From assembly GCA_964187785.1 (NCBI GenBank), contig OZ076409.1, positions 56,980,001 to 57,044,000 on the forward strand: DNA of 64,000 bases. Direction: 5' to 3'. Of this stretch, positions 40,131 to 52,100 are shown one piece after another; position 1 is the first letter of the stretch, and every line of letters starts with the position of its first letter. This DNA is from Amphiscolops sp. MND2022. Its lineage: Eukaryota. The notes beneath the pieces were generated by a model, which saw only the letters and a list, made by a program, of their open reading frames with translations, did not search any database and was not told the origin of the DNA. Made by a program: the position numbers and the translations under genes.

Positions 40131-40674
40131 GAAACATGTTCCACAAGTTTTCGCATATAGACCCCTCAGGCTTTTTTGCTTGACTGAAAGAAATTTGACA
40201 CGTTTCATTAAATCACTTTGTTTGTGTAACAACACAAAAGTCACTTTGACTGTGCAACGAGAGGACTCGACTCGCCTGGTTAAATCCTCATTTGAGACAA
40301 TCAAAATTTAGCTTAAGCCCTGTGATTGATTATCATTAATCTTTTGCTGCCAACAAGTAGTATTCAATAATGTTCAAACCCCGTCAATTATGTTGTGAAT
40401 TGCTTTTGTGAATTTTTGGACAAATATTGTGCGCCTAAAATTGTATAAGACCCTCAAATTCGATATAGATTAAGTGACTAAACTATTGAAGGTGCAGTTG
40501 TTTGAAGATAAAATGATCTGCTGGAAACTTTCGTGGAATCTTCTTCCGAGAATAAATGTGAACAACTGCTGATCGGACAGCTGACTTACATCTTGATAAA
40601 CAAAGTTTTTGACACAATGCATGCAGTTTTGTATGTTTTCCATGTATCATTGATGCACACGAAGTGAAACTTAC

Positions 40675-40820
40675 CTGGAGGAATGAAGTCTTTGTTCTGC
40701 TGCACTATGGTAGTAGAGGTAACGGGGGTATTGCTGGTATAAATGAGACTCTCGATTGAATAGAGACAAACCAAGATGGAGACTACAATGAGACCGGCGT
40801 AGAACACGGCTATCACTCCA
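40675..40820 (-). CDS. Exon 2 of putative PAC/TMEM206-like (two-TM ion channel) gene: TM1
   Basis: GVIAVFYAGLIVVSILVCLYSIESLIYTSNTPVTSTTIVQQNKDFIPP; acceptor TAATCAG at 40821, strong donor CAG|GTAAGT at 40674; spacing matches PAC TM1...HPVMS...YDAPG. Confidence 0.55.
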
Positions 40821-40831
40821 CTGATTATGAA

Positions 40832-41074
40832 CAGGGATGTCAATTTGATTTTGATTTAAAATATTACCCACAAAATCTTCTTAAAAAGGAATACATTCTA
40901 ATTATGATTTCAACTTTTTGAGAAAAAAAAAGATCTCAAGTCACTACAGATTGAATTCAAAAAGTTTCTTATGTACGTGCCCCCAATAGCCCCCCCTCCA
41001 AAAAAAATGATAGGGCGGTCTATCAAAATATACAATTGTAAGCAATTAGGTGAAAAAAAACATCAACATCCCTG
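40832..41074. mobile_element. 243-bp hAT-like MITE occupying intron 1 of the putative channel gene
   Basis: Perfect 9-bp TIR CAGGGATGT/ACATCCCTG; degenerate 8-bp TSD ATTATGAA vs ATGATGGC (5/8). Confidence 0.6.
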
Positions 41075-41241
41075 ATGATGGCATTTATGCAGGTGGAGTT
41101 CTCGTTGTACTGAACACTCGAGTTCACATTGGACAGGTCGTTGGGGGATACATTAGTGTCCAACCCGGGGCTACTCATCATATCTTCGTGGGTGCCTACC
41201 ACACTGCTCGTTTCTTCTTCCTCTACCTCACGACGTCTCAT
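41072..41241 (-). CDS. Exon 1 of putative PAC/TMEM206-like gene
   Basis: ATG 41241 with an upstream in-frame stop; MRRREVEEEE...SPGLDTN...SSVQYNENSTCINAII resembles the PAC N-terminus (PGLDSE..SSIRFSKACLKNVF). Confidence 0.45.
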
Positions 41242-41633
41242 GTCTGTCCACGCCTCTTATTCTGGCGAGTACCAAGTCACTTAGAAACAGATCAGATGTC
41301 TCATGTTTCAAAACATCTCGTGAATGAAAATGACATGACTTCGAAGTAACTCAAGATTTTTAAAAAAATGTTTACATTTCTAGTGGATCCACTGGAAATG
41401 TAAATATTTTTCAAAAATCTTGAGCTGCTTCGATCAACACATTTCCATGCAGAAATTGATGGTTTTCGGGACTCTAAATCCAATTTATTGGTCCAAACGT
41501 AAATACAACTTGAATTTCGTGGTGAGCATTTTTTTCATCTGATTTGCAGACTTCAAAAATGGTATGTATGTCTGAAAGCACGAAAATGCACTTTTTAAAG
41601 CTCAGTAGTTGGTGCCTATTGAGATTCTGCCTT

Positions 41634-41743
41634 TCCTGGTTGAGAAAAATGCAATTCTTGCGAGAACTCCTTGCAAGTAAATGTAACAGAAATGCATTGC
41701 TAGCAAGGATCTAGCAAGGAACGCATTTTTTTCTGAACCAGGG
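41634..41743. mobile_element. Small MITE (CCTGGTT/AACCAGG termini)
   Basis: Inverted termini and CTTGCAAG-like internal repeats. Confidence 0.55.
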
Positions 41744-43920
41744 TTGCTATTTTTCTCTAAAAATATTTGAATTGCCAGAAAAAAGATAATATTGGTAAAT
41801 AATTTAACCGAAAAGTTTCTCCTATGTGACTTGTGAGTTGGGCGAAAGAATACTTTTCAATTTTCGGCAGTGTTTTCACGCAGGGTGAGTAAATAGTTGG
41901 TATGGATCGTGAGGGGATAAGAGAGAGTTGAGAATTCTTTTCGAAGGTGTAAAAGGGTAACGCAATTAAACTGAGGGACTGTCTAAATAATCAAAAAGTT
42001 GAGGCGAATTCCCACACGCACATCCATGTAAATAAAAAGGCGGGGAATTTCCCAATGTCCACAATGTGATAGGTGATTGATTTGGCTCACACCGAGGCGG
42101 TTTTCCCAGATGTCGAACTGCTGAGAAATGGGATTTAAAAGCAGCACAACACTCCTGAAATTATCCAACCATTTTTGATTTACCTTTCCAAGCTCCAAAG
42201 AAAACTAATAATAGTTTATGTAAATGTGAAAATTTGGGAAGAGGCAACCGATCAATGTATTTTTAGCCAATCAAATTTCAGATATTTTGTCGTCAAGAGA
42301 ACTCTTGTGAACAGTTTTTAAATTAATTGTTGTCTGGTTCTTTTTAGTTCTACTTGATCACGCGAAAAAAATATCAAGTGAAGAAATTTTTTCCAGTCAT
42401 GGTATATTGAAGTTCATGTTCATTCCTTCCTCTAATGGTGAATTTGAAGCCGAAAACTAGATCTTTTTTGTTTCACAAATTTCATTAGATTAATTTCTAC
42501 TCAGCGGTACTTTGGAAACTGTGGTCCTGTTCGCAATAAACTGGATTCGTGAACAGGCTTTTGAAAGACAACTGACCGAAGCCAGGAAAATTCAATTACC
42601 AATTTAATAGTTTCCCCCTTTTTTCATTGGAAAATTTCAAGTTAATAATGTCAATTGGTCTTTTCTCCGGCCGAATTCTGCTTAAGTGGTCTTCATCAGA
42701 TGAACTGGAAATTGCCAATAAAAAAAGCATCCTTGAATGATGCTTATACGTGGAAGGATAAATTCAACAGATATTTGGCCGAGCATTGAAGTTATAAAAA
42801 ATTCCAACTTGTTTTTACTCTAAAGACAATCATCACTTGTTCCAAAAAGACCATTTCTATATTAAAAAAATCTTTACGCTTTCAAAAAAAGACTTTTTTG
42901 GACAAGATTTTTAGTTGTCTCAAATAAAGTTCGTTCAATACTTGATCCTAAGAACTTTCTTCGAGATAATTTCTAAAATTTAGATTTCTAAGAACGTATT
43001 CGACAAAATGAAAAATGAGTTTCGAATTTATTGCAAAAAAGCCCCTTGTGCTGACACTGAACTCTTCAGAAATCTATGCAATTACCATTTTCGAGCCGTT
43101 ATTCCTGTTAAGCACCAAGATCGAAGGTTCAAATTTCCTCATCAAAGGTTTTTCAACCAGTTGAGAAAAAGGTATTTTGATAAATGGCAGTAAACACATT
43201 TTGGCATTCAGTTACAACGTTATGTCAGTTATTTCAGTTATCGTTTTTTAAAACCTTTTTTTTGCGTTTTTCAGATTATTGTTGCTACCATGAAACAATA
43301 GCCTTTTTCGGGCCTGTAAGAATGCATATGAATGCATTAATCATTACCCCAGTTGGGCGTCATTATCCTTCCAAAAAGCTTCTTTAGCCGTTTTGAGAGC
43401 TATTAGGACTGAATTTCCAAACAAAGAACTGAAAAAATCAATAAATCAATTGGCAAGATCTCATCAGTTTCATCTTCATTTGCCTAAATGCTGTTAAGGC
43501 TGAATCGAGGAATTTGAAGCTGCAAAAGGCGTTCGAAAAACTAAAAAGCTATTTTTTGTGTTACTTTTGAAACAGAATGATTCTTTCTTTCTAATTCCTT
43601 TCATTCGTAAAACTTCACCACTGCGAAGTATGTGAATGAAAAGTATCAATTATCAGAAAAATTTAGCAATATAAACAAACCGGAGACGACACATGCCACC
43701 ACCCCGCTGGAGGTTGAAAAGAAAGAGCCAGAAAGTATACAAGAGTATCTTACTTGCGTAGAGTATTGAAGTTCAGTGTTAAAAACTAAACCAACTGGGA
43801 ACTGCCCAAGTCGGCGCAAAGAGTCACACTAACAAGCCGGGAATGGCCCAAGTCGGCGCCATATTAAAGGCTCAACAAACTGTGAAATTTGGAGAAAAAT
43901 CCATAATGCTAAACGAGAAA

Positions 43921-44121
43921 TGAAAACGTCAAATCCGAACTTTGAAAACGTTATATCCTAACTTTGAAAACGTTATATCCGAACTTTGAAAACGTTATAT
44001 CCGAACTTTGAGAACGTTACATCCAAACTTTGAAAACGTTTTATCCAAACTTTGAAAACGTTATATCCGAACTTAAACTTTGAAAACGTTGCACCCGAAC
44101 TTTGAAACGTTACATCCTAAC
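43921..44121. repeat. 22-bp minisatellite (CCGAACTTTGAAAACGTTATAT), ~9 copies, inside the HINE
   Basis: Head-to-tail copies with no spacers. Confidence 0.95.
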
Positions 44122-44513
44122 TAGAAGATCTCGGCGGAAAAGTTGAACAAACGAACAAAAAAGTGGATCATTCAGAGTGAACTGAAAACTACCCATTGTA
44201 ATTGTTGTAGCTAACGGCTTTGATAAAATAGCGTGAGAATAAACAACTGTATTTCAACTTTCTCAGACCACACTGGTAGTCTATCGTGTTTTGTCTGAAC
44301 ACTGTGTTCAGCTTAGGCAGGTTCTTAGTCAACTGTGACTAACTGCTCTTTTTCAATCGCGGTTACTACCACATTCCCCCGACAGCAATTGACGGTTGGG
44401 AATGGAAATTAATCATAACATCGAAACACAGAATGTACAGGTTAGGTATGGATAAGTAATAATTATGGAAAACACTACAACAGTTAAAAGTTTCAAAAGA
44501 GTTTGTGACGGTT

Positions 44514-45403
44514 TCACTTTTGGGTAGTTTTCTTTTCATCTCCACATATGTAAACCGGTATGCCGTAACGGTCTGGGGCTCGTCTATTTCTACTATTTCT
44601 AGCGGGTGACGATTTCGGTGCTTGGTCTGTTTCGGCGCTATTTTCTTCTTGTTCCAGGTCTGCAAATACCTGTGGCATTTCTTCGTCTTTTCTTGTCTCT
44701 ATGGCTCTCATTGTGTATTGCTTTGTTTTCTTTAGGCGTTTTTGCTTTCCCTCTGCTTTTGGTGCTCGCGCGTTTTCTCTCTTGGATAGGATCACTTCTG
44801 CTTTTCCTGCTGGTGCAAATTGTACTGTGTGATCAGTCTCTTTAGTCACTCTTCCCATCCTTTTCTTGAAAAGTCCAGCCAATTTTCGCTTTCTTTGGCG
44901 CTCTCTGCCGAAGATCATGCTGTCATCGTCACGGGGAAAATCTTTCAATCGCTCCAGTTCCACTGATTTGTCGTAGTCTAATTCATTCAATTCTTTATAC
45001 AGTTTAACTATTATTGACGTTACTGTATTCAGTTTTCGACCAATATGCCTCTCGAACGGCGACTTCCCATCTTTCCCTTTACTTGTCCTAGCGCTCTTAC
45101 TAATTGGTAGAACAATTTGTTCTGTTTTTCGGCTTATATTTAGGGACTTGTTCTTAGTCTTTCGTTCACCGTTCTTATAAGTCTCTCGACTTTACCATTT
45201 CCTCTACGGTCATGGACCGGGCATACTATGTGACGAATTCCAAATTCTTCTCTAAGGTTTTTAAGTTCATTCCCCATAAAGACGGTTGCTTGATCAGTTC
45301 TTACTATTTGTGGAACCCCGTTGTTGCTTATGTATTTTCGCAAAAACTTTTCGACCCCTTTTATGTCAGAACTTTTTACAAATTGTAAAGTAGGGTATGT
45401 CAA
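44514..45403 (-). pseudogene. pol: Integrase core (N-terminal part deleted) and C-terminal tail of element 2
   Basis: IVRTDQATVF...GNGKVERLIRTV; HHCC domain and first catalytic Asp not found. Confidence 0.85.
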
Positions 45404-45463
45404 TTAGGATGATTAGACGATTTTCGTAGTAAACAAGCTCTCTGTCTACTCTCAGGTCTTTAA

Positions 45464-47285
45464 TTACATGTCCAAATAATTTATTTTCTTTACGAAGTAT
45501 ATTGATATCGCGCCGTAAAACATCTTCCCGGACATTTTTAACCCTCGACCCGCTTGATAATTTGCCATAAGTAGTCCGTCAGTAATTTCTTCGAATGTTT
45601 TAACTTTTACAAATGTAATTTTGGGGTTTATTTGGGCTGATGTAGATGCCTCTTCGACTGATGTCACAATAGACTGAAGTGGTGAAGTTTTTAATTCTGA
45701 AGGCTTTTCGGTTTTCCTTGATTGAACAATTTCTTTGGGTCTTTGAGATTTTGATGAACGAATTAAATTACGTGTAGCGTTTCTTTCGCGACTAATTTGT
45801 AGGCGACTCATTTTGATTTGTTTGCTTTCACACTTAAGACGGTCAGTTGTTTCGCTCATCTCTTTCTCGCTTTCTGCGTCCTGCGCTCTCATTGGCTGCT
45901 TGAACAATTTGTTCGATCTCTGATTAGCGCGTTGCTGCCTTTTATAATTCTTGTTAACATTTTCTACTGAATTGACTACGAACCAACTTTCCCAAAGTTT
46001 TTTTGAACTTTTCGACCACTCATTTTCATTATAATCACTCGGGTGTCTAGATAAATAGTCGGCTAATCCCATTGTTCGTCCGGGTTGATGAATTACTTCC
46101 ATATCAAAGGGTGAAAGTCTGTCTATCCATCTAGTAAGACTACTCGAATAGGTTTGGTTTCCGTGATTACTTTTCAGTGCTGTTTCGAGCGCTTTATGGT
46201 CGGAAATAACTTCGAATTTTACTCCTAATACGTAATCACGAAAATGCTCTACCGCCCAAACTATGGCGAGTAATTCTAGTTCATTCGTGGAGTATCTGGG
46301 TTCGTAATCTGACAAATATCTTGATGTGCATGATAGTAACTCCCATTCATTTTTCTCATTTTTCTGCATGAAAAATGATCCTAGGCCGTCGTGACTAGCG
46401 TCACATATTATGCGCCAATTTGTTCAGTCTGTTGAAATGTGATAATTGGATAATTTCTTGTACGCTTTTTTGTACTTGGTTAAACGCTTGGGTATGTTTT
46501 TCCTTCCAATCCCAGTTTCCTTCTTTTTGAAGTAGGTCTCTAAATGGTTCGGTGATTTTGGCTAATCCGGGTAAAATGTTAGTTAGCTGATTCACTGCCC
46601 CCAAGTATGATCTTAGTTCTTTCAAAATTTTGGGTTTCATTTTCTCTGGAATTCCTTGTACTTTTTCATTGAGTGGTTTTATCCCCTTTTCTGAAACTCT
46701 AAATCCGAGCCAGTCTTTTTCATTCTTTGCTATGTTACATTTTTCTTCTTTAAGTTGTAGCATTCTACTATCTAACTTTCTAATAACCTCCCTAACCTTT
46801 TCTTCGTGTTCTTCCTTGGTTCCCTTTGTTACTATTAAAATGTCATCTATAAAAATGAAAACATTCGGAATATTAATTAAAATATCTTCCATTATTCGTT
46901 GGAATTCTGTGGGTATTACTGTTAGTCCATAGAATCCCGTTTTAAAACGATATATGCCGCTAGCTTTTACCCCGATTATCGCAAAATTACAGTGTTTGGT
47001 TAATTCTGGGTTTAGGAAGACCTGTCCAAACGCGTATTTGAGGTCTACTGAAGTGAACCATACTTTTTCTCCCTTTTGCGTTGTGATTGTTTCTGCCAGG
47101 GTATTTAACAAATCATCTAAATTCGGCATTTGGTAATTATCCTTCTTTATGTTTTCATTCATTTCTCTGGCATCTAGCGCTATTTTTACCGTTTTATCTC
47201 GCTTTACTCTGATAACAGTGGGCTGTATAAAAACATCGTCTTTCATTTCGTTTATTCTTTCAATATGTCTCAATTTTATTTTCAA
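45464..47285 (-). pseudogene. pol: RT and RNase H of element 2 (frameshifted)
   Basis: KIALDAR, MPNLD, VDLKYAFGQ, FIDD; CDAS region, ELELLAIVWAVEHF, SDHKAL, LADYLSR. Confidence 0.92.
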
Positions 47286-48774
47286 TATGTCCCATTTTTA
47301 TTAACTTTTCTAGTTCTTTTTCGACGGAATTTTGGACTTTGAATATTCGACGTCCCTTTTGTTGTTTTGGCACACAATTTTCTTTAATTTGTGCGTTTAT
47401 TTCATGCCCTTCTATGCTGCCGTGTCTTGAAAACAATTCCTTAAACTCTATGAACAATTTGTTTGTCGACTTAGTTACGCAATTGAATTCACACTTACCA
47501 CCTTCCGTCTTTAGCTTCACTCCCAAGCCTCTCAGCCAGTCTTGGCCTATCACAGTGCGCGCTCCGTTTTCTGCTATCAAGGCCCCAACTTTATCCAGCT
47601 TTTTCCATCCTGCTTCGACCTGTCCGATGAACGCTCGAAGAAATTCAATTTTGTTACTACTGTAATCAATGTATTTCTCATTCTCGCCCAGTGGTTGCAA
47701 TTTATATTTCTTCACAAACATCTTTTCTACGTGAGCTTTGGTAAAGATGGTGATAGGCGATCCGGTGTCGATGAGTGCGTGGAAGGGTTTTTTGTTGACT
47801 CTTCCTTTTAGTACGAAGGGTTTGTTTGAGGAACTTTTTTCTTCGTCGATGTGGAGCACTTCCACTTCTTCTTCTCCTGATTCGTCTTCCGAACTACTCC
47901 ATTCGGTTTTTTGTTGGACGACATTAACTTTCTTTTGATACGGTGTCTTTTGTTTTGTTTCTGGTTGTTTTATGCGGCACATTCGTCCGTAGTGTCCCAT
48001 TTTTCCGCAAAGTCTACACTGGACGTTTTTCGCCCTGCAGATCTTTTGATGTCCAGCGACGAATGGCTTCTCTCCGCACTTGTAGCATTCGTTTGTTTTC
48101 TCCACTGCGAACACTGGTTCTTCTCTTATGGTTGTTGGCTTTATACAAATTGTTTTCTTCTGCTGTGCGCCTTGTTCGAAAGCTACTGCAGATTTTAGAG
48201 CTTCCTCCGGATTATCCATTGGCTCTGTGAAAAGCCTTTCCTGTACCACTGTGTTTTTCATGTTCGATACACAAATATCGTACACTAACCCGGTGGTTTG
48301 CGTTCCAAAGTCGCAATTTGCAGCTAATCCGTTCAAGGCGTGCCAAAAATGCTCCAAGTTTTCGTCTTCTTTTTGTTTTCTGTTAAGAAATTTGTGTCTG
48401 TCCATCAGCCTGTTTCTCTTTTTCTGGAATGCGTCATGGCATTCTTTCAACAGATCTTCTAGCTTTGTTGCTTTTATATCCATGTTTGGTTTTCGGTCTA
48501 ATAGCGTTTTTCTGGCAGCCTCCCCAAGTGCGATATATAAGAAACTTACTGCTTTTTTCTCGGCAATTGATTCTTCAACTCCTCCCATCAGTTCCTTTTT
48601 TCTTGGGTTCGTTGTCGTATCTCTTGTTAGTTCTTCTAGCGATATGGAGGATTTTGCCATGAATGTCGCCTCAAACAGCTCTATCCATCGACTCCATTCG
48701 TATTGTTTTTCTGTGGCTGCATCTTGCCAGAATACGGGTATGCCCGATGTCGGTTGGTTATCTCGCAGCGCCAT
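47260..48774 (-). pseudogene. gag: Gag-protease of element 2
   Basis: ATG 48774 (MALRDNQ...); knuckles CYKCG..H..C and CRLCGKMGHYGRMC; protease LIDTGS...IGQDWL. Confidence 0.92.
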
Positions 48775-51619
48775 GTTAAAGCTAACGGCTTTGATAAAAT
48801 AGCGTGAGAATAAACAACTGTAATTCAACTTTCTCAGACCACAATGGTAGTCTATCTTGTTTTGTCTGAACACTATGTTCAGCTTAGGCAGGTACTTAGT
48901 CAACTGTGACTAACTGCTCTTTTTAAATCGCGGTTACTACCACAGTAATAGTCGGTTTTTTCCTTATGGGAAAAGGCGTTGACTATAGACACTTTAAAAA
49001 TGAGACAGTTCCAAAAAATCTCAAAGTGGAACTCTTTGCTATTGTCAAGCTTTCGAATATGGCCCTAAATAAAATTCACACTTGCGCCAAGCCGACATGA
49101 AAACATAACTTGTGAAGTTGGACGAAAAAAGAGTCACTGTAAAGGTATGTTCTTTTTCTCCAAACACTGCCGACTAAAAATAGTGCTTGACCAGGTTAGA
49201 ACACAAAACCTTCAGACGAAAAAAATTGTGTCTTACGAATTATCTCAACTGGTGTTGATTTCAAGTTATAGAAGATTTGAAAGAAATTTTTGGTGACTTC
49301 TAAACTTCATATAGCACTGACTGTTTATGAATCTTTTCATCAACGGTTTTTTTTATTGCCTGTGGAATTAACCATTGTAACGTTACTCTGGTTGAAACTA
49401 GGAATTTTAATTAGAAGCTGCGAGGAAGCATTGAAGCTAGTGTTTTAAACAACTTCAAATCAGGGCAGACTCCATATAAATAAATTTCTTGTATGTTTTC
49501 CCATCAGCTTAGATAATTACGGCAGCACTCAACTGCGCTTGAAAAAAAGTCGATGCAAAATTCTCGCACGACTTGATGGTTATTTTGAGCATCGAAAGCG
49601 CAATTTGAGATCTCTTCACTTTCGAGCTAATGTTGTCTCTTAAAATTCAAGCAATTGGCAATCCAGTGAGCTCGTTCAAAATAAAAACAAGCATCAAGTT
49701 TCATGCGATCTCCTGAAACTATTTGGATGCAAAAACATATAAACAGCACAATAGTCCAGTCCAAAATGTTACAACAAAACCTGGAGAAAATTGATTTCGA
49801 AAGTTAACCTTTTTTTCAAACTTTCTTGGCGCCAGTGTTCAAGATAAGTTCTCAAACAGATTGGATTGCAGAAAACTCGAGTTCTACTTTGAGAAGCGCT
49901 TTGCAATCAACAACAAAAGTCACGAACTTGTGCTGTTCGGAGTAAAATGGTAGAATAATCGAATTCGTGATGTCTTTGAACTGATGCCAGTGATGGTCTG
50001 TTTGAACGTTCAATGCAATCGGTTACGGATTTCTTTGGAACACTTGGTCACCTTGCCATTTTGTAGTGTGGAACTTCTTCCCTTCACCGATTTAAAAAGC
50101 CTACTAGATTCCAGATTTGGAAGTGAGAAAGTAACAATTCTGATAAAACATCCGACATAATGCAACGTTCATGTTAATATATCATGTATTTGTGAGAGTT
50201 GTATTTTCTATCACAATCTTTTTGATGAAAGTCACATGGAAAAACAGCAAAAAAACTTGCTTTCAAAAGAATAAGTCACCTGTGTTGTCGTTGTAACCCC
50301 AGCGTTATGAAACGCAGACGTATCCTGGAGATTTCGTGATGGGAAAGAAAACAGTGGAAAAGATTGTTATCACTTCAAAGTTTTTGGCAATTGGGCTGCA
50401 CTTAGGCAGCCATGGCAAGATCTTAGAATTTCTTATTGCATCTTGCCGGTCATGAAACCCATGGCAAGATTCTTATTATTATCTTACTAAGATGTAGAAT
50501 TGAAAAAATTCAAAGATTTCAAAATTTTGATTAGGAGCTCGAAAAACAATTCCGATTCTAGTATTTTTCTATTGGTGGTGGGTATTTACGCGCTTTTTCA
50601 TAGATTTAATTTTCTTTGAAAATTCAAAAACTCTGGAAAAAGATCTGACAAAGCATCATGGTTCTGGGGACTTTCAGATCTAACATAGCCATGGAGGGTC
50701 AGTCTGGATATGTAACGAGAAGCTATCGCGTTTGTCCAGTTTTCGTAACTTTTGGAACATTGGTGAAACTTTCAATTGAATGTTGCGTGGTGGCGCCAGT
50801 GTACCGTGATTACATGACACGGTACTAAAGTTCGCAAAAAAACTAAGTGCGCTTGATAAAGAATGTCAAGATGTCTAAGAGGTCAAGACCCTGGAATGAG
50901 CTTTTTCGCACGTCCAAATGACATTTCCCGAAGTATCACAGTTCCTAGAGGATCATTTGTGACTTGTACCTCCTTTGAAGAACAGGATCCCCATGTTTTT
51001 AGAAGGCCCTATTCTCAAAAATCTTGCGTTCAGGAAAGCTGTTTCTCGTGAAAAAAACTGTTTTTAGATTTTATATCTTAATTAAGCTTGAATTTGTTAG
51101 TTTTTTGTTCGGTCAAAATAACAAGTTTAGCCAAGGTCCCCTTTTGCATATTTTTGAAGGCTTCTTGATTGTTGGTTTTCTGCGTTGAACCCACGGCACT
51201 TATAGCGTTTACAAATAAGAAAATATGATGGAGAACTTTTTCTAAAATTTCCGAAATTGATATTTTTTGCGAAATTGACGTGTTCAGGTTCCCGGGCCTT
51301 TCACTATGTTAGCGCCATAAGTTTTCACGGTCGTGATTAGGTGAACGTTACAGAAGGTAGAAACAGTTTCTTGATTGGGATACCCGTAGATGGTTAAAAG
51401 TCACAGTATCTATCTTCTGACGAGCGGAGATCTCAATAAATTCTATTTCGAAGCCTCATACTTTTCGCGAGATAGAGAAAAATTTATAGTACCGAAGTTT
51501 TTTTCTCTCGACTGGCCCCGATGGGCCTATTAGTCATCGGGTGAAAAATTATTACTTGTTATTATAATATGTATATTATTATAGTTTTCCCTATATCATA
51601 GAAAAAATCGAAAAAGCCC

Positions 51620-52100
51620 CCCTGGTTGAAACAGTTTGAACTTTTTAAAAGTTTTTGTAGGTTATTAAGCTAATTTTTCATGATTTTACGAAAATTCTTG
51701 AGGAAATTTCAATGCAATAAAATTTCACTGAGTTGATTTCATCAAGCTGCCTATAAGATGCATCCTAAATTGGGTGGCAATTCCGAGCCGTGAAGTTTTG
51801 CAGGTTTCATTCAGAAGCAGTTGTAATTTTGAAAGCAGCCGACACCTCATCAATTGTACCTCGATTTTCAACTAAACTTCAGTCACTTTATACGTTTCAA
51901 AGCACCGTGATAGTCAGTGTGCTAAGTGACTAACGGTGATTACAAATTGCACTTACTTGAGAAATTTAAGCGTGAAAACAATGTCAATGTGAGAGTGAAG
52001 AAATGAAAATGTTTTGTCTTAATTGAAATAGTGAAAACTACAAGATAATCCTTCGGAATGTTTCCATATATGCTCCCTGAATTATCCAGGTTTTGTGACA
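51620..52100. mobile_element. Copy of the CCCTGGTT-terminated dispersed repeat
   Basis: Reverse-complement similarity to 37290-37748. Confidence 0.65.

Larger units (their letters stand above)
44203..48944 (-). mobile_element. Ty3/Gypsy (Mag-like) LTR retrotransposon with both LTRs, internally damaged
   Basis: LTRs 44203-44373 and 48774-48944 (171 bp, 8 mismatches by eye); TSD GTAAT at 44198-44202 and 48945-48949; PBS TGGCGCTGCGAG; PPT GGGGGAA. Confidence 0.97.
43789..49180 (-). mobile_element. HINE-like copies (probably two nested) interrupted by LTR element 2
   Basis: Two AAGTCGGCGC ends (~43808, ~43850) and two hairpin ends (~48985, 49180) flank the Gypsy insertion. Confidence 0.65.

Noticed and set aside
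43921..44121. CRISPR-like array
   Set aside because: Repeats are head-to-tail without unique spacers, there are no cas genes, and the context is eukaryotic
48775..48903. N-terminal 43 aa of ORF 47260-48903
   Set aside because: Lies inside the LTR; the ATG at 48774 is the more plausible start
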